The notes under the pieces: generated by a model | The model's input: the letters and a program-made list of their open reading frames with translations, nothing else | Told to the model about the DNA's origin: nothing | Database searches by the model: none | Shown: piece after piece, positions 50,090-58,509 of the stretch | How the letters are laid out: every line of letters begins with the position of its first letter | Numbering within the stretch: position 1 is the first letter of the stretch | Translations under genes and position numbers: made by a program | DNA from: an uncultured Candidatus Micrarchaeota archaeon | GTDB taxonomy: Archaea; Micrarchaeota; Micrarchaeia; Micrarchaeales; Micrarchaeaceae | Length of the DNA: 64,000 nt | Reading direction: 5' to 3' | NCBI GenBank assembly: GCA_963741095.1 | Contig: CAVUGN010000011.1 | Location: 1 to 64,000 of the forward strand

Positions 50090-50368
50090 TCAACTTTCGC
50101 CCATCGATACGAATGCCCTGCCAATGCCCCGCGATGCCTGCTCTTTTATGTCCTTCAACTTATTTCTATCCCTGTAGAATCTGACCTCAGCCACGCAGTC
50201 GCCATTGCTGTCGTAAAGAGGGATGTGCTGCCTGCGCCATATGTCAATCAACCTCTCCGCAAGGTCGCCATTTCCGCCTTTTAATTGCAGGAACACGGTC
50301 CTGCACAATCCTTTTCTGCCGCTTCCGCCGGATCGCGCCAGCTTGTTAGTTGCCAATTTTCCACCCAT
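50090..50368 (-). CDS. Small conserved protein (distant RAM-like), module 5
   Basis: Paralog of 44364. Confidence 0.6.
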   Translation of the reverse strand: MGGKLATNKLARSGGSGRKGLCRTVFLQLKGGNGDLAERLIDIWRRQHIPLYDSNGDCVAEVRFYRDRNKLKDIKEQASRGIGRAFVSMGES

Positions 50369-50424
50369 TTGTTTACACCCACTTTTCCTGCTTTCTTTAC
50401 CTCATTCTGTCAAACATGAAGATA

Positions 50425-50622
50425 TCATTTGGGTGCGGAAACAGCCCGCATCCCTAAATCGTCAAGCAGCATAACTGGTCTGCCGGTCCTTTCCAATTCA
50501 CATGCGTTTATGTGCCACAGATACGCGACTGGATTCTCATGTTCCATGCCGCACATCCAGCACTGGTACACATCGCCGCTCCCTCCAAAGAAAATATCCC
50601 TTATCCTTGTTCCCATTCCCAT
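50425..50622 (-). CDS. C2HC zinc-finger small protein, module 5
   Basis: CWMC..H...C. Confidence 0.75.
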   Translation of the reverse strand: MGMGTRIRDIFFGGSGDVYQCWMCGMEHENPVAYLWHINACELERTGRPVMLLDDLGMRAVSAPK

Positions 50623-50633
50623 TCTACCACTTA

Positions 50634-50735
50634 TCAATCATAAGGGTAGGGGGTTGCACCGCGGAAGCATGGTGATAATGTGGAGGACGAGCTTGCGCTG
50701 ATCCGTAGAAAATTCTTACTTCCACCCCTGTACAA
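50634..50735 (-). CDS. 33-aa leader ORF, module 5
   Basis: Nearly identical to module 1 copy. Confidence 0.5.
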   Translation of the reverse strand: MYRGGSKNFLRISASSSSTLSPCFRGATPYPYD

Positions 50736-50918
50736 CCTACACACCCATATGATATTATGAAGTCCAAAGTATATATAAGTAAACGAGCTCCTGCATTACA
50801 CGATACTGCACTTCATAGAATTCTACACCGATTTACTCGCATTTATCAATCAATATAACCCTTTATATTAACCTTATAATAGTAAAGCTTAAATATCATA
50901 TAACCTTATAATATCATT

Positions 50919-52244
50919 ATGGATATGCCTGAAGCGGTGCGAAAGACTTTTGCAAGGCTAAAATTAGAGTATCCTTTTTACATTCTGCTTTCGATAATAA
51001 ACAACAGGTTTTATGTTTATCATTCATCTTCTATTTGGGACAAAGAAAAAAGAAAAGTGCGCAGTAACAAAGAATACCTAGGCCGCATAACCGAAGATGG
51101 TAAGTTCATAAAAAAGAGCGTTAAGGAAGGCATTGCACCGCAGATTAATACCCTAACCTCCATAAACAGCCTAGACAAGGTCGACGAAAAAATACTGACG
51201 CACCTAAGCATGAATTGCAGACTGCCGATATCAACGATAGCAGAACGGGTGGGATTAAGCGTACAGGCTACGGAGCGCAGAAAAGAGAATTTAGAGCGGA
51301 GATACGGAATTAGATACTTCACAAGCATAAACTACTTCAAGCTCGGTTACTCCACATACCTCGCATTTGTCTCTTTTAAGGACAAAAAGCCGGACATGGC
51401 TGTGCTGAAATCAGTATTAGAGAAATCACCACGAATACAGTTGGCCATGGCGGCGCAGGGTGCATACGACCTAGTTCTCTACATCCTGGCCGAGAATAGT
51501 GCAATTCTAAACGAAGTCATATTCGATATTCGGAAAGATGAACGAATTGGAGATTACGAATCTATCTGGAATGTTGTAGTATTCGATCAAGCATATGGGT
51601 GCGTGCCACTGCGAGACCTGTTCTTCGACCTTCTCGAGAAGAAGGTGTGGCATAGAACCAAAACAATACCTAAGCCGGCAAGCGATAGCCTGACATATAG
51701 AGAGTATGTACTACTTAGAGAATTGAATTCCGAAGGCAACAAGCCTTTTGCTGAGATAGAAAAGATGCATGACATGGGTCACGGCGCTGCAAAGTACACG
51801 TTTGACAAGATCAAGGCTAAGGAATTAATATGGAGGCCAACAATGACAATGGGCAATTATGGCGTAAAATACAATGCAATGATCTTCATCAGCATACTAA
51901 ACAAGGCTGCATTTATCCGTGACCGGGAAAAGTTTCTTCGTTATATAATCAAGGACTACGATGCACCGTCGAACAGGTTCTCTCTCGAAGGCGATACTCT
52001 ATCCCCAGATGGAGAAGTATTCCTAATGCCTGTTCTGCGGGACGGAGAACTGGAAATGGAATCTGGATGGCTAAGCGAACAGATAAACGGAATCAAACTA
52101 GAATCGCTGATCATCACAAAAATACTTCTAGGTGAGCTGTGTTATAGAAAATTAGATAACGCACATGCCCAGCAAACAAACATACTCGTAAGTGAATATA
52201 AAATGGAACCCCCTAAGGAAACCATAGATTATATCCTAGAATAG
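50919..52244 (+). CDS. Tandem Lrp-type regulator, module 5
   Basis: LDKVDEKILTHLSMNCRLPISTIAERVGLS classic Lrp HTH. Confidence 0.82.
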   Translation: MDMPEAVRKTFARLKLEYPFYILLSIINNRFYVYHSSSIWDKEKRKVRSNKEYLGRITEDGKFIKKSVKEGIAPQINTLTSINSLDKVDEKILTHLSMNCRLPISTIAERVGLSVQATERRKENLERRYGIRYFTSINYFKLGYSTYLAFVSFKDKKPDMAVLKSVLEKSPRIQLAMAAQGAYDLVLYILAENSAILNEVIFDIRKDERIGDYESIWNVVVFDQAYGCVPLRDLFFDLLEKKVWHRTKTIPKPASDSLTYREYVLLRELNSEGNKPFAEIEKMHDMGHGAAKYTFDKIKAKELIWRPTMTMGNYGVKYNAMIFISILNKAAFIRDREKFLRYIIKDYDAPSNRFSLEGDTLSPDGEVFLMPVLRDGELEMESGWLSEQINGIKLESLIITKILLGELCYRKLDNAHAQQTNILVSEYKMEPPKETIDYILE

Positions 52245-52265
52245 ACTCAAGAATATAAAAACTGC

Positions 52266-52307
52266 TTAACCTCCGCCCCCTCCGCCTCCGCTTCCTCCTC
52301 CGTCCAT
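52266..52307 (-). CDS. Micropeptide MDGGGSGGGGGGG
   Basis: Conserved TATA/RBS; all four Gly codons used; stop TAA. Confidence 0.72.
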   Translation of the reverse strand: MDGGGSGGGGGGG

Positions 52308-52386
52308 AATATCACTGTTTAAACATCTCTAGAAAAGCTTAAATGGATTGTGTCTGTTTGAACTTGGCTAGCGCACATGTTTGTGC

Positions 52387-52515
52387 AAACATCGTCGAAC
52401 CACGTCGACCAACGTTGTTTCTCAATCACACTTTTACGATGATTGACCGGCTCCCCAGAGAAAAATTTATCGACGACAAAATCCGCCTTTTCGACGAATG
52501 TTTGAGATTTGAACT
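52387..52515 (+). repeat. attP-like junction (core 52447-52457)
   Basis: aacatcgtcgaaccacgtcgacc...CCGGCTCCCCAgagaaaaatttatcgacgacaaaa. Confidence 0.85.
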
Positions 52516-52559
52516 CAGAGTAGTAATCCTACACATCTTTGGGCGTGAACCCAAGGCAA

Positions 52560-53435
52560 TTACTTGTTTGTATTTACGAATTCCCAAAAGCTTCCTCCAT
52601 TTGCCGATGTGTACCTTTTCATTGCCGGCAGCAGCATTTCTGCGTAGCTCTTCAGGTACGGCCTTGCTGCAACCATCCTTTCGCATGTTCTATCTACAGA
52701 TATGGGTTCGCTCAATCCTAACTGTCCGGTCAATATACCCTCTGGGGCAAGATAGCTTACCAGGGCTTCTTCATACAGGTTGTGATCATGAGTGCCGATC
52801 AGCCCGGACTTGCGGGGCAGAAGTAAGTGCAGGAGCTCATGCAGCGCAACGCACAGCAACTCCCTGCCCAGCCTCTCTGGATCTTTATGCGCAACATGGG
52901 ACAGATAGCATCCAATCACTGCCGGATCTGCATTCAAGGCATGCCCTCCAACCACCATATCGTTATCAAAGCCTTTTTTCTCCGCCAATATCAGCGTGAT
53001 CTGTTCTGGCAGTTTCGCCTCCAACATCCTGCTAAAATTATCGCGGATTTCACTTTCTTTCGAGTGGAAAATATCTGATGCAATCTTGCCTATCCCAGCC
53101 AAGACGCCACTGCTTTCTGCAGTGTCATTGCAGTATACGTTCGGCTGCAGCTTTGGCATGTCAATAGCATCTAACAGTATCCGAGTTGTCTTGTCAATAG
53201 ACGGAAACCTTTTGAATGCTACCTGTTCATTTTTGCTATTGTATAACAGATTTGCAGCTTCTATTACATTCCGATAAGCATCGTAGAAGTCCAGGATTGA
53301 TGAATAGCCCTTTACCACAGTCTGCAGATTGCCAGGAGTGAAGAATATGTCATATACTCCAAGTATCTTTTGAGCATTGGAGTTTGTGGTGATCGTTAAT
53401 TTCACATATTCACCTTTGCTGCGCGACATTGACAC
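52560..53435 (-). CDS. HExxH-motif protein (zincin-like peptidase or RiPP tailoring enzyme)
   Basis: ALHELLH...EEALV; last gene of radical SAM operon. Confidence 0.55.
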   Translation of the reverse strand: MSMSRSKGEYVKLTITTNSNAQKILGVYDIFFTPGNLQTVVKGYSSILDFYDAYRNVIEAANLLYNSKNEQVAFKRFPSIDKTTRILLDAIDMPKLQPNVYCNDTAESSGVLAGIGKIASDIFHSKESEIRDNFSRMLEAKLPEQITLILAEKKGFDNDMVVGGHALNADPAVIGCYLSHVAHKDPERLGRELLCVALHELLHLLLPRKSGLIGTHDHNLYEEALVSYLAPEGILTGQLGLSEPISVDRTCERMVAARPYLKSYAEMLLPAMKRYTSANGGSFWEFVNTNK

Positions 53436-54358
53436 TGTTCTACTTCAATATCAAGTGACTTGAATCTTTCTATTGACCTTTTCCAAATAGTACTCCATGG
53501 CTCATTGTAGGCATTTCCTAAAACTACTTCCCTTAAATTAAGACACGGAGTGACATCTCCATTGACAAGCACGCCTGCTTGGATAACTCCGGCTGTGCAG
53601 GTCTTGAAATGGTATGAGTCAAGCAATGTCTCTTCCACTCTATCCGTGCATCTCTCTATCACTTCTACCACTTTAACGTTTTCTCTATCTAGTTGAGATC
53701 TCATATCCTCAACTCTGAGCATCAGATCATACATTTCATGCCTATCAACCACCAAGTCTTGGTATTTGTTGGGATCCACTGCAGGTTGCAGAGGCTCCAA
53801 GTTCAGCAGCTTCATCTGACTATATTTCTTCATCAAGACCTCCGTACTATTGAGCACATCATCCTGGTTTGCCTTAGTTATGACTATCCCGACTGTAAAG
53901 GGTATTTCATTTCTCTCAAGTATGTCAAGACCATCCAGAGTCTCAGCAGTCTTTCCTCGCGTCCTATCGTTTATTTCCGATCTTACACTATCTAAAGAGA
54001 CTTGGATTGCGGCATCATTTCCTACGGCATTCTTTAATCTCATTAACTCTTCTTTTGTAAGCCTATTTATCAGCGTGCCATTGGTACTCACTTCCACTAC
54101 AGTCTTGAACGTGTTCTTTGCGAGTTCAAACACATCAACTATATCTCTTCTACTAAAGGGTTCTCCACCGATCAACAGTATCTCGAAGGGATTTGCCTCT
54201 TCCTTTGTTTTCTCAAAGAGATTTTTGAGTCTTTCGAGGGGTGGAGTGATATGAGTGAATGGCTGAGCATAACAGTAGGTGCAATTAAGATTGCACCCAC
54301 TTACCACTTCAAACTCCACCCTGAAAGGCAAACTTGGCAATATCTTCTGAGCCATCAT
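53402..54358 (-). CDS. Radical SAM/SPASM(twitch) peptide-maturase-like enzyme
   Basis: CNLNCTYC, GGEP, CTAG..GDVTPC..LGN. Confidence 0.85.
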   Translation of the reverse strand: MMAQKILPSLPFRVEFEVVSGCNLNCTYCYAQPFTHITPPLERLKNLFEKTKEEANPFEILLIGGEPFSRRDIVDVFELAKNTFKTVVEVSTNGTLINRLTKEELMRLKNAVGNDAAIQVSLDSVRSEINDRTRGKTAETLDGLDILERNEIPFTVGIVITKANQDDVLNSTEVLMKKYSQMKLLNLEPLQPAVDPNKYQDLVVDRHEMYDLMLRVEDMRSQLDRENVKVVEVIERCTDRVEETLLDSYHFKTCTAGVIQAGVLVNGDVTPCLNLREVVLGNAYNEPWSTIWKRSIERFKSLDIEVEQCQCRAAKVNM

Positions 54359-55314
54359 GCACTCGCCTTGCTTCTGCATTGCATTCCCTTTGGAAGAGTT
54401 TCGTATCTTTCAAGAGATCTTACCCATATATCATGCCACGACTCCTTAAACACGTTTCCGATGTTTGCGTCTCTCATCAGTGCGCATGGGGATACATTTC
54501 CATTTGGGAACACTGTTGCTCTGAACACTCCAGCCAAACACGTATCCATTTTGTATGTGTCGAGTACAGCAGGATCATTGCAGGCGCACTTGTCACCAGT
54601 TCCTGTGATTCGAACTGAACTACCCATGCGTGCTGCAGTACCGCGAACTTGTACAATCAGAGCTGCCATCTCTTTTGCTCCGATGTCCAAGCTCTCATGA
54701 TATCTCTCTTTATTTGAGAGGTTTGGCATCATTCGGTTCAAGTTAATCCCATGCAGGTGCTTGAACTCTGACATGAAGGCGACTTCGGTATCCATTATAT
54801 CGTTGATATTCTCCTTGCTTACTACCGTTCCGATTGAGAATGGAATTTGATGGTCATCCATCTTTTGCATCCCTCTGAAAACGGTGTCAGTCTTTCCTCT
54901 CAGCATATTGTTCAAAGAAGGCTTTGCGCTGTCTGCAGATATTTGGATAAAGGCATCATCTCCTGCTATTTTCTTTAGTCGTGCAAAGTCAGCTTCAGTC
55001 ATTATGTCGAAGGCCGTTCCATTTGTGACTACTCCTACTCTCCTCCCAAAAAGGTTCCTCGACTCTTCAATCACGTCTAGTACGTCTTTGCGTGTGAATG
55101 GCTCGCCTCCGCAAAGGATTACCTCGAAGGGGTCTACTTCTTGCTTCGTCTTCTGAAGCATATATATCACGTCAACCAGAGGAGGCTCGTAATGTGAAAG
55201 GGGCTGGGCATAGCAATTTGGACATGCTAGATTGCACATTCCAGTCACCTCAATCTCTACTCTGAATGGAACTTGTGGCAGAATCATGTTTTTATTCTCC
55301 ATATCAAACCCCAT
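54355..55314 (-). CDS. Radical SAM/SPASM(twitch) enzyme, paralog of the next gene
   Basis: CNLACPNC, GGEP, CLAG..GNVSPC..IGN. Confidence 0.85.
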   Translation of the reverse strand: MGFDMENKNMILPQVPFRVEIEVTGMCNLACPNCYAQPLSHYEPPLVDVIYMLQKTKQEVDPFEVILCGGEPFTRKDVLDVIEESRNLFGRRVGVVTNGTAFDIMTEADFARLKKIAGDDAFIQISADSAKPSLNNMLRGKTDTVFRGMQKMDDHQIPFSIGTVVSKENINDIMDTEVAFMSEFKHLHGINLNRMMPNLSNKERYHESLDIGAKEMAALIVQVRGTAARMGSSVRITGTGDKCACNDPAVLDTYKMDTCLAGVFRATVFPNGNVSPCALMRDANIGNVFKESWHDIWVRSLERYETLPKGMQCRSKASA

Positions 55315-55325
55315 TTGGGTGGCAG

Positions 55326-55718
55326 TTAGACTGCCACCGTTTCCAGAAGATTCGGGTATTCTGCCCTAACATCTTCTACGTTCCTATCCAGTATGCTTTT
55401 CAGCAGACCGATAGTCTTTGCTGGAGCTGTGAAGATAGTGCTATCTTTCAGATTCATGATGAATCCGAAGAGTCCATCTTCTCTTACCTTGATACACTCA
55501 GACACCTTCATATCTGTTCCCCTTAGGAGTCCGGGTGTCAAAGGATTTATGCTGGAATTCATCCAATTGGAATGGCTCATCCAATTGCCATGACCATAGC
55601 CTCCAGCGTATGGCTTTTCTGCCCATTCTTGCTTTGCTCCAACTCTTGAGTACAGCTGTATGCCATACTCATTCTGCACTCTCGTGGCAGACTCCGCTTT
55701 TGATGCTTGTTTATCCAT
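55326..55718 (-). CDS. Putative RiPP precursor fused to a PqqD/RRE-like domain
   Basis: Repeated HGNWMS/HSNWMN core, then a 61-aa beta-beta-beta-alpha-like domain; heads rSAM operon. Confidence 0.5.
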   Translation of the reverse strand: MDKQASKAESATRVQNEYGIQLYSRVGAKQEWAEKPYAGGYGHGNWMSHSNWMNSSINPLTPGLLRGTDMKVSECIKVREDGLFGFIMNLKDSTIFTAPAKTIGLLKSILDRNVEDVRAEYPNLLETVAV

Positions 55719-55739
55719 CTTTTCACCCAATAGATAAGC

Positions 55740-56006
55740 TCAACTCTCGACCATCGATACGAATGCCCTGCTGATGCCGCGCGACGCGCGGTCCTTCTCG
55801 TTCTTCAGTTCGCTGTCGTCCCTGTAGAACCTGACCTCTGCCACGCAGTCGCCGTTGCTGTCGTAGAGAGGGATGCGCTGCCTGCGCCATATGTCCATCA
55901 GCCTCTCCGCGAGGTCGCCTTTCCCGCCCTTCAGCTGCAGGAATACGGTCCTGCACAACCCTTTCTTGCCTTTTCCGCTCGCTTGCGCTAGCTTGTTAGT
56001 TGTCAA
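55740..56006 (-). CDS. Small conserved protein (distant RAM-like), module 6
   Basis: Paralog of 44364. Confidence 0.6.
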   Translation of the reverse strand: MTTNKLAQASGKGKKGLCRTVFLQLKGGKGDLAERLMDIWRRQRIPLYDSNGDCVAEVRFYRDDSELKNEKDRASRGISRAFVSMVES

Positions 56007-56048
56007 TTTCCCACCCAGTTTACTTTACACCCGCTTAACGTAATCTGA

Positions 56049-56225
56049 TTAACTCCTTGGATTCGCGTCTATCATGACGCTCATGCTCCCGGCTGACAGC
56101 TCCATCATATCGGATATGTAACCACCCACTTCGCTCTCCTTGCAATACGCCTTACCCTCCACACTGTTTGTGTGTACCCTCACGAGAACGTTCTTATCTA
56201 GCAATTTTCCTATTATGTTGTTCAT
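56049..56225 (-). CDS. Conserved small protein, module 6
   Basis: Paralog of 44669; ATG after GGTGAG. Confidence 0.65.
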   Translation of the reverse strand: MNNIIGKLLDKNVLVRVHTNSVEGKAYCKESEVGGYISDMMELSAGSMSVMIDANPRS

Positions 56226-56238
56226 CTCACCACACCAA

Positions 56239-56370
56239 TCATAAATATAATGGTGGGAGATTAGAGAGAAAGGCAGATATCGGACGTGGTAGAACTGAGG
56301 CCCGTTTGGGAAGAATTGTTGAAACAACGTGCATGCAAGAAGCCTGCACCCTCGTATTCAGAACCGACAC
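56239..56370 (-). CDS. 43-aa non-homologous leader ORF, module 6
   Basis: GTG after GGGTGA at the same position as the other leader ORFs. Confidence 0.35.
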   Translation of the reverse strand: MSVLNTRVQASCMHVVSTILPKRASVLPRPISAFLSNLPPLYL

Positions 56371-56570
56371 TGTTATCACCCACCAAGTCAATAATATGAA
56401 TTTTGGACTATATATAGATGGCTTAGGGAGAAAGACATTCGCCATGCTCAAAGCGTTAATTAATACACCAATTTTTCGGTATAAGTTGCCAAAGTTAGTG
56501 TTACTGATAGGTATTCTTAACCATGCTACTAAGCGAAATCCTTAAATAGTATATATGTTGCAATTTACTT

Positions 56571-58025
56571 ATGCCTGATGTGCCGGCCAGCGTTGCGAGG
56601 GCGTACGAGAGCATAAAGGGAGAGTATCCGTACTTCGTAAGCCTGAAGAAGATCCACGGCAAATACTTTTATTTGTACAAGCAGAGCGTGCGGTGGGACA
56701 AGGAAGAGAAAAAACGGAAGACAGTTTCGAAGTACTTGGGCAAGATAACTCCTGATGGGCGTTTCATAAAGAAGATGCCTGGTCTGAGCAAGGATCTCGG
56801 TAGGGCAATGGCGGTAATAGAGTCTTATGGCGGCACCGTGGTCCTTCCCGAGAAAAGGGAAAGCGAACTGCAGGCTACGGCTTTAGAACAAGGCATCAGC
56901 GAAATCGACGACAGGTTGCTGACGGTACTTAGCATGAACGCAAGAGCAGACCTGTCGTACTTCGGGAAACAGATGGGCCTGACTGCATCGGCTACCTATT
57001 CAAGAGTAAGGCACCTCGAGCAGAAGTACGGGATAGGGTACGTCCCCGAGATAGACATCAGGAAGCTTGGCTACCTTACTTACATGATATTCGTGAAGTT
57101 CGCGGAACAGCCGCCCAGCGCAGACTTGACGAAAGAAGCACTGAAAAAAGAACCTATAATTCAGCTTGCCCTCCTGACACAAGGCAGGTATGACATAGTT
57201 ATGTATGCCACGGTCGAGAATAGCGACGAGGCAAGGACACAGATCTACGAGCTACAGGCGCGGGTGTTCCCGACTTATGAAGCGGAGTGGCATGTGGTGC
57301 CCTTCTACCCCACCTACGGCTTCGTGCCCCTGAGGCAGGAATTCTTCGACCTGCTCGCGCAATCGGTATGGAAAAGGACGAAAGAGCAGCCGAGAAAGCG
57401 CAAGGGCCAGCTGACTCAGAAAGAGTACATTGTGCTCAGGGAGCTTAACGCCGATGGCGCAGCGAAGTTCTCCGAGATAGACAGAAAGCATGGGTTCGTC
57501 GGGGAGGGCGCGGCTTATACGTACCGCAAACTTATCGATACGGGGTTACTGAAAAGGGTAACCATGACGATGCGGAGATTGCCCATGCAATACACGGCGA
57601 TGTTACTTGCAGATATAACAAACAGGGCAAAGTACGCCACGAGCAGGGAGAAGCTGCTGAAGGGGATAATCGAGAAAACTGCCACGCCAACCGATAGGTA
57701 CGCCCTTGTCGGGGACAGGTGGACGCCTTTCGGCGTAGTATTTGTGGTGCCGATATTCGGGGAAGTAGACCTAGAGAAAGCTGAGGGAGTAATAAAGAGC
57801 AGAATAGACGGCATCCAATTGGACAGGCTGATCGTGCTGGGCACATCAATAGGTTCAATGTGCTTTAGACGATTCGATAACAATTATTCCAACCAGCACA
57901 GGCTTCTGGTCGAGGAGTATAAGATGAAGGACTCGCTGAGAATGGATTACACGCTGACTGGAAAGGGGGGCATGTCTAGGATTTTAGGCGAAAACGAAGA
58001 TAATCTTGCAGAAGAAGATAGCTAA
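56571..58025 (+). CDS. Tandem Lrp-type regulator, module 6
   Basis: IDDRLLTVLSMNARADL HTH; GRYDI RAM. Confidence 0.8.
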   Translation: MPDVPASVARAYESIKGEYPYFVSLKKIHGKYFYLYKQSVRWDKEEKKRKTVSKYLGKITPDGRFIKKMPGLSKDLGRAMAVIESYGGTVVLPEKRESELQATALEQGISEIDDRLLTVLSMNARADLSYFGKQMGLTASATYSRVRHLEQKYGIGYVPEIDIRKLGYLTYMIFVKFAEQPPSADLTKEALKKEPIIQLALLTQGRYDIVMYATVENSDEARTQIYELQARVFPTYEAEWHVVPFYPTYGFVPLRQEFFDLLAQSVWKRTKEQPRKRKGQLTQKEYIVLRELNADGAAKFSEIDRKHGFVGEGAAYTYRKLIDTGLLKRVTMTMRRLPMQYTAMLLADITNRAKYATSREKLLKGIIEKTATPTDRYALVGDRWTPFGVVFVVPIFGEVDLEKAEGVIKSRIDGIQLDRLIVLGTSIGSMCFRRFDNNYSNQHRLLVEEYKMKDSLRMDYTLTGKGGMSRILGENEDNLAEEDS

Positions 58026-58104
58026 ACACCATGAAAAATACTGTGCAGAACATATATGATTACTACCATGAATGCGCTTTTCAGTCGCCATTAATCATAA
58101 CGCT

Positions 58105-58128
58105 CTAACCGCTAGCTCCGCCATCCAT
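58105..58128 (-). CDS. Micropeptide MDGGASG
   Basis: Conserved TATA/RBS; stop TAG. Confidence 0.72.
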   Translation of the reverse strand: MDGGASG

Positions 58129-58254
58129 AATCTCACTGTCCAAACCTCTCTGAAAAGGCTTAAATAGCTTGTGTTCTGATTGATGGCAGGCGAGCGCTCC
58201 ATGCCTAGGCGCGGAGCGCCTAGAACAGTGCATGGCCAACATCAATCAGTAATG

Positions 58255-58322
58255 CATGTTGAACAGCGTCGAATCAACATCGTTTCCCAATCACACTTTT
58301 ACGACGAAGAACCGGCTCCCCA
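58255..58322 (+). repeat. attR-like site (left arm plus core 58312-58322, no right arm)
   Basis: cgtttcccaatcacacttttacgacgaagaaCCGGCTCCCCA then unrelated sequence. Confidence 0.85.
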
Positions 58323-58509
58323 CTTGCATTTGTCGTCGGCATACTTGGGATTCGAACACAGTGTTTTTGAATGAAATCTCTCCGAATCCAATTTAGTGAG
58401 GCTGCCGCAAATGTAGGCAGAATAACCTGCCCAAAAGCCTTATATAACTATTAATGCGCAATATCCACAAGGTGAAAAGGATGAAGGCTCAAATGGTGCG
58501 TACCTGCCA

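Larger units (their letters stand above)
33403..58322. mobile_element. Tandem array of integrase-less elements at tRNA-Pro, six regulator/micropeptide modules
   Basis: Core CCGGCTCCCCA at 33403, 38612, 46845, 52447, 58312 with conserved flanking arms; paralogous modules. Confidence 0.85.

Noticed and set aside
34771-58025. The six large paralogs as transposases or integrases
   Set aside because: Beyond the short N-domain they read as Lrp HTH/RAM units; no DDE or R-H-R-Y catalytic set or terminal inverted repeats recognised
33403-58322. CRISPR array or diversity-generating retroelement
   Set aside because: Repeats are kilobases apart with no regular spacers; no cas or reverse transcriptase gene; differences are not adenine-specific
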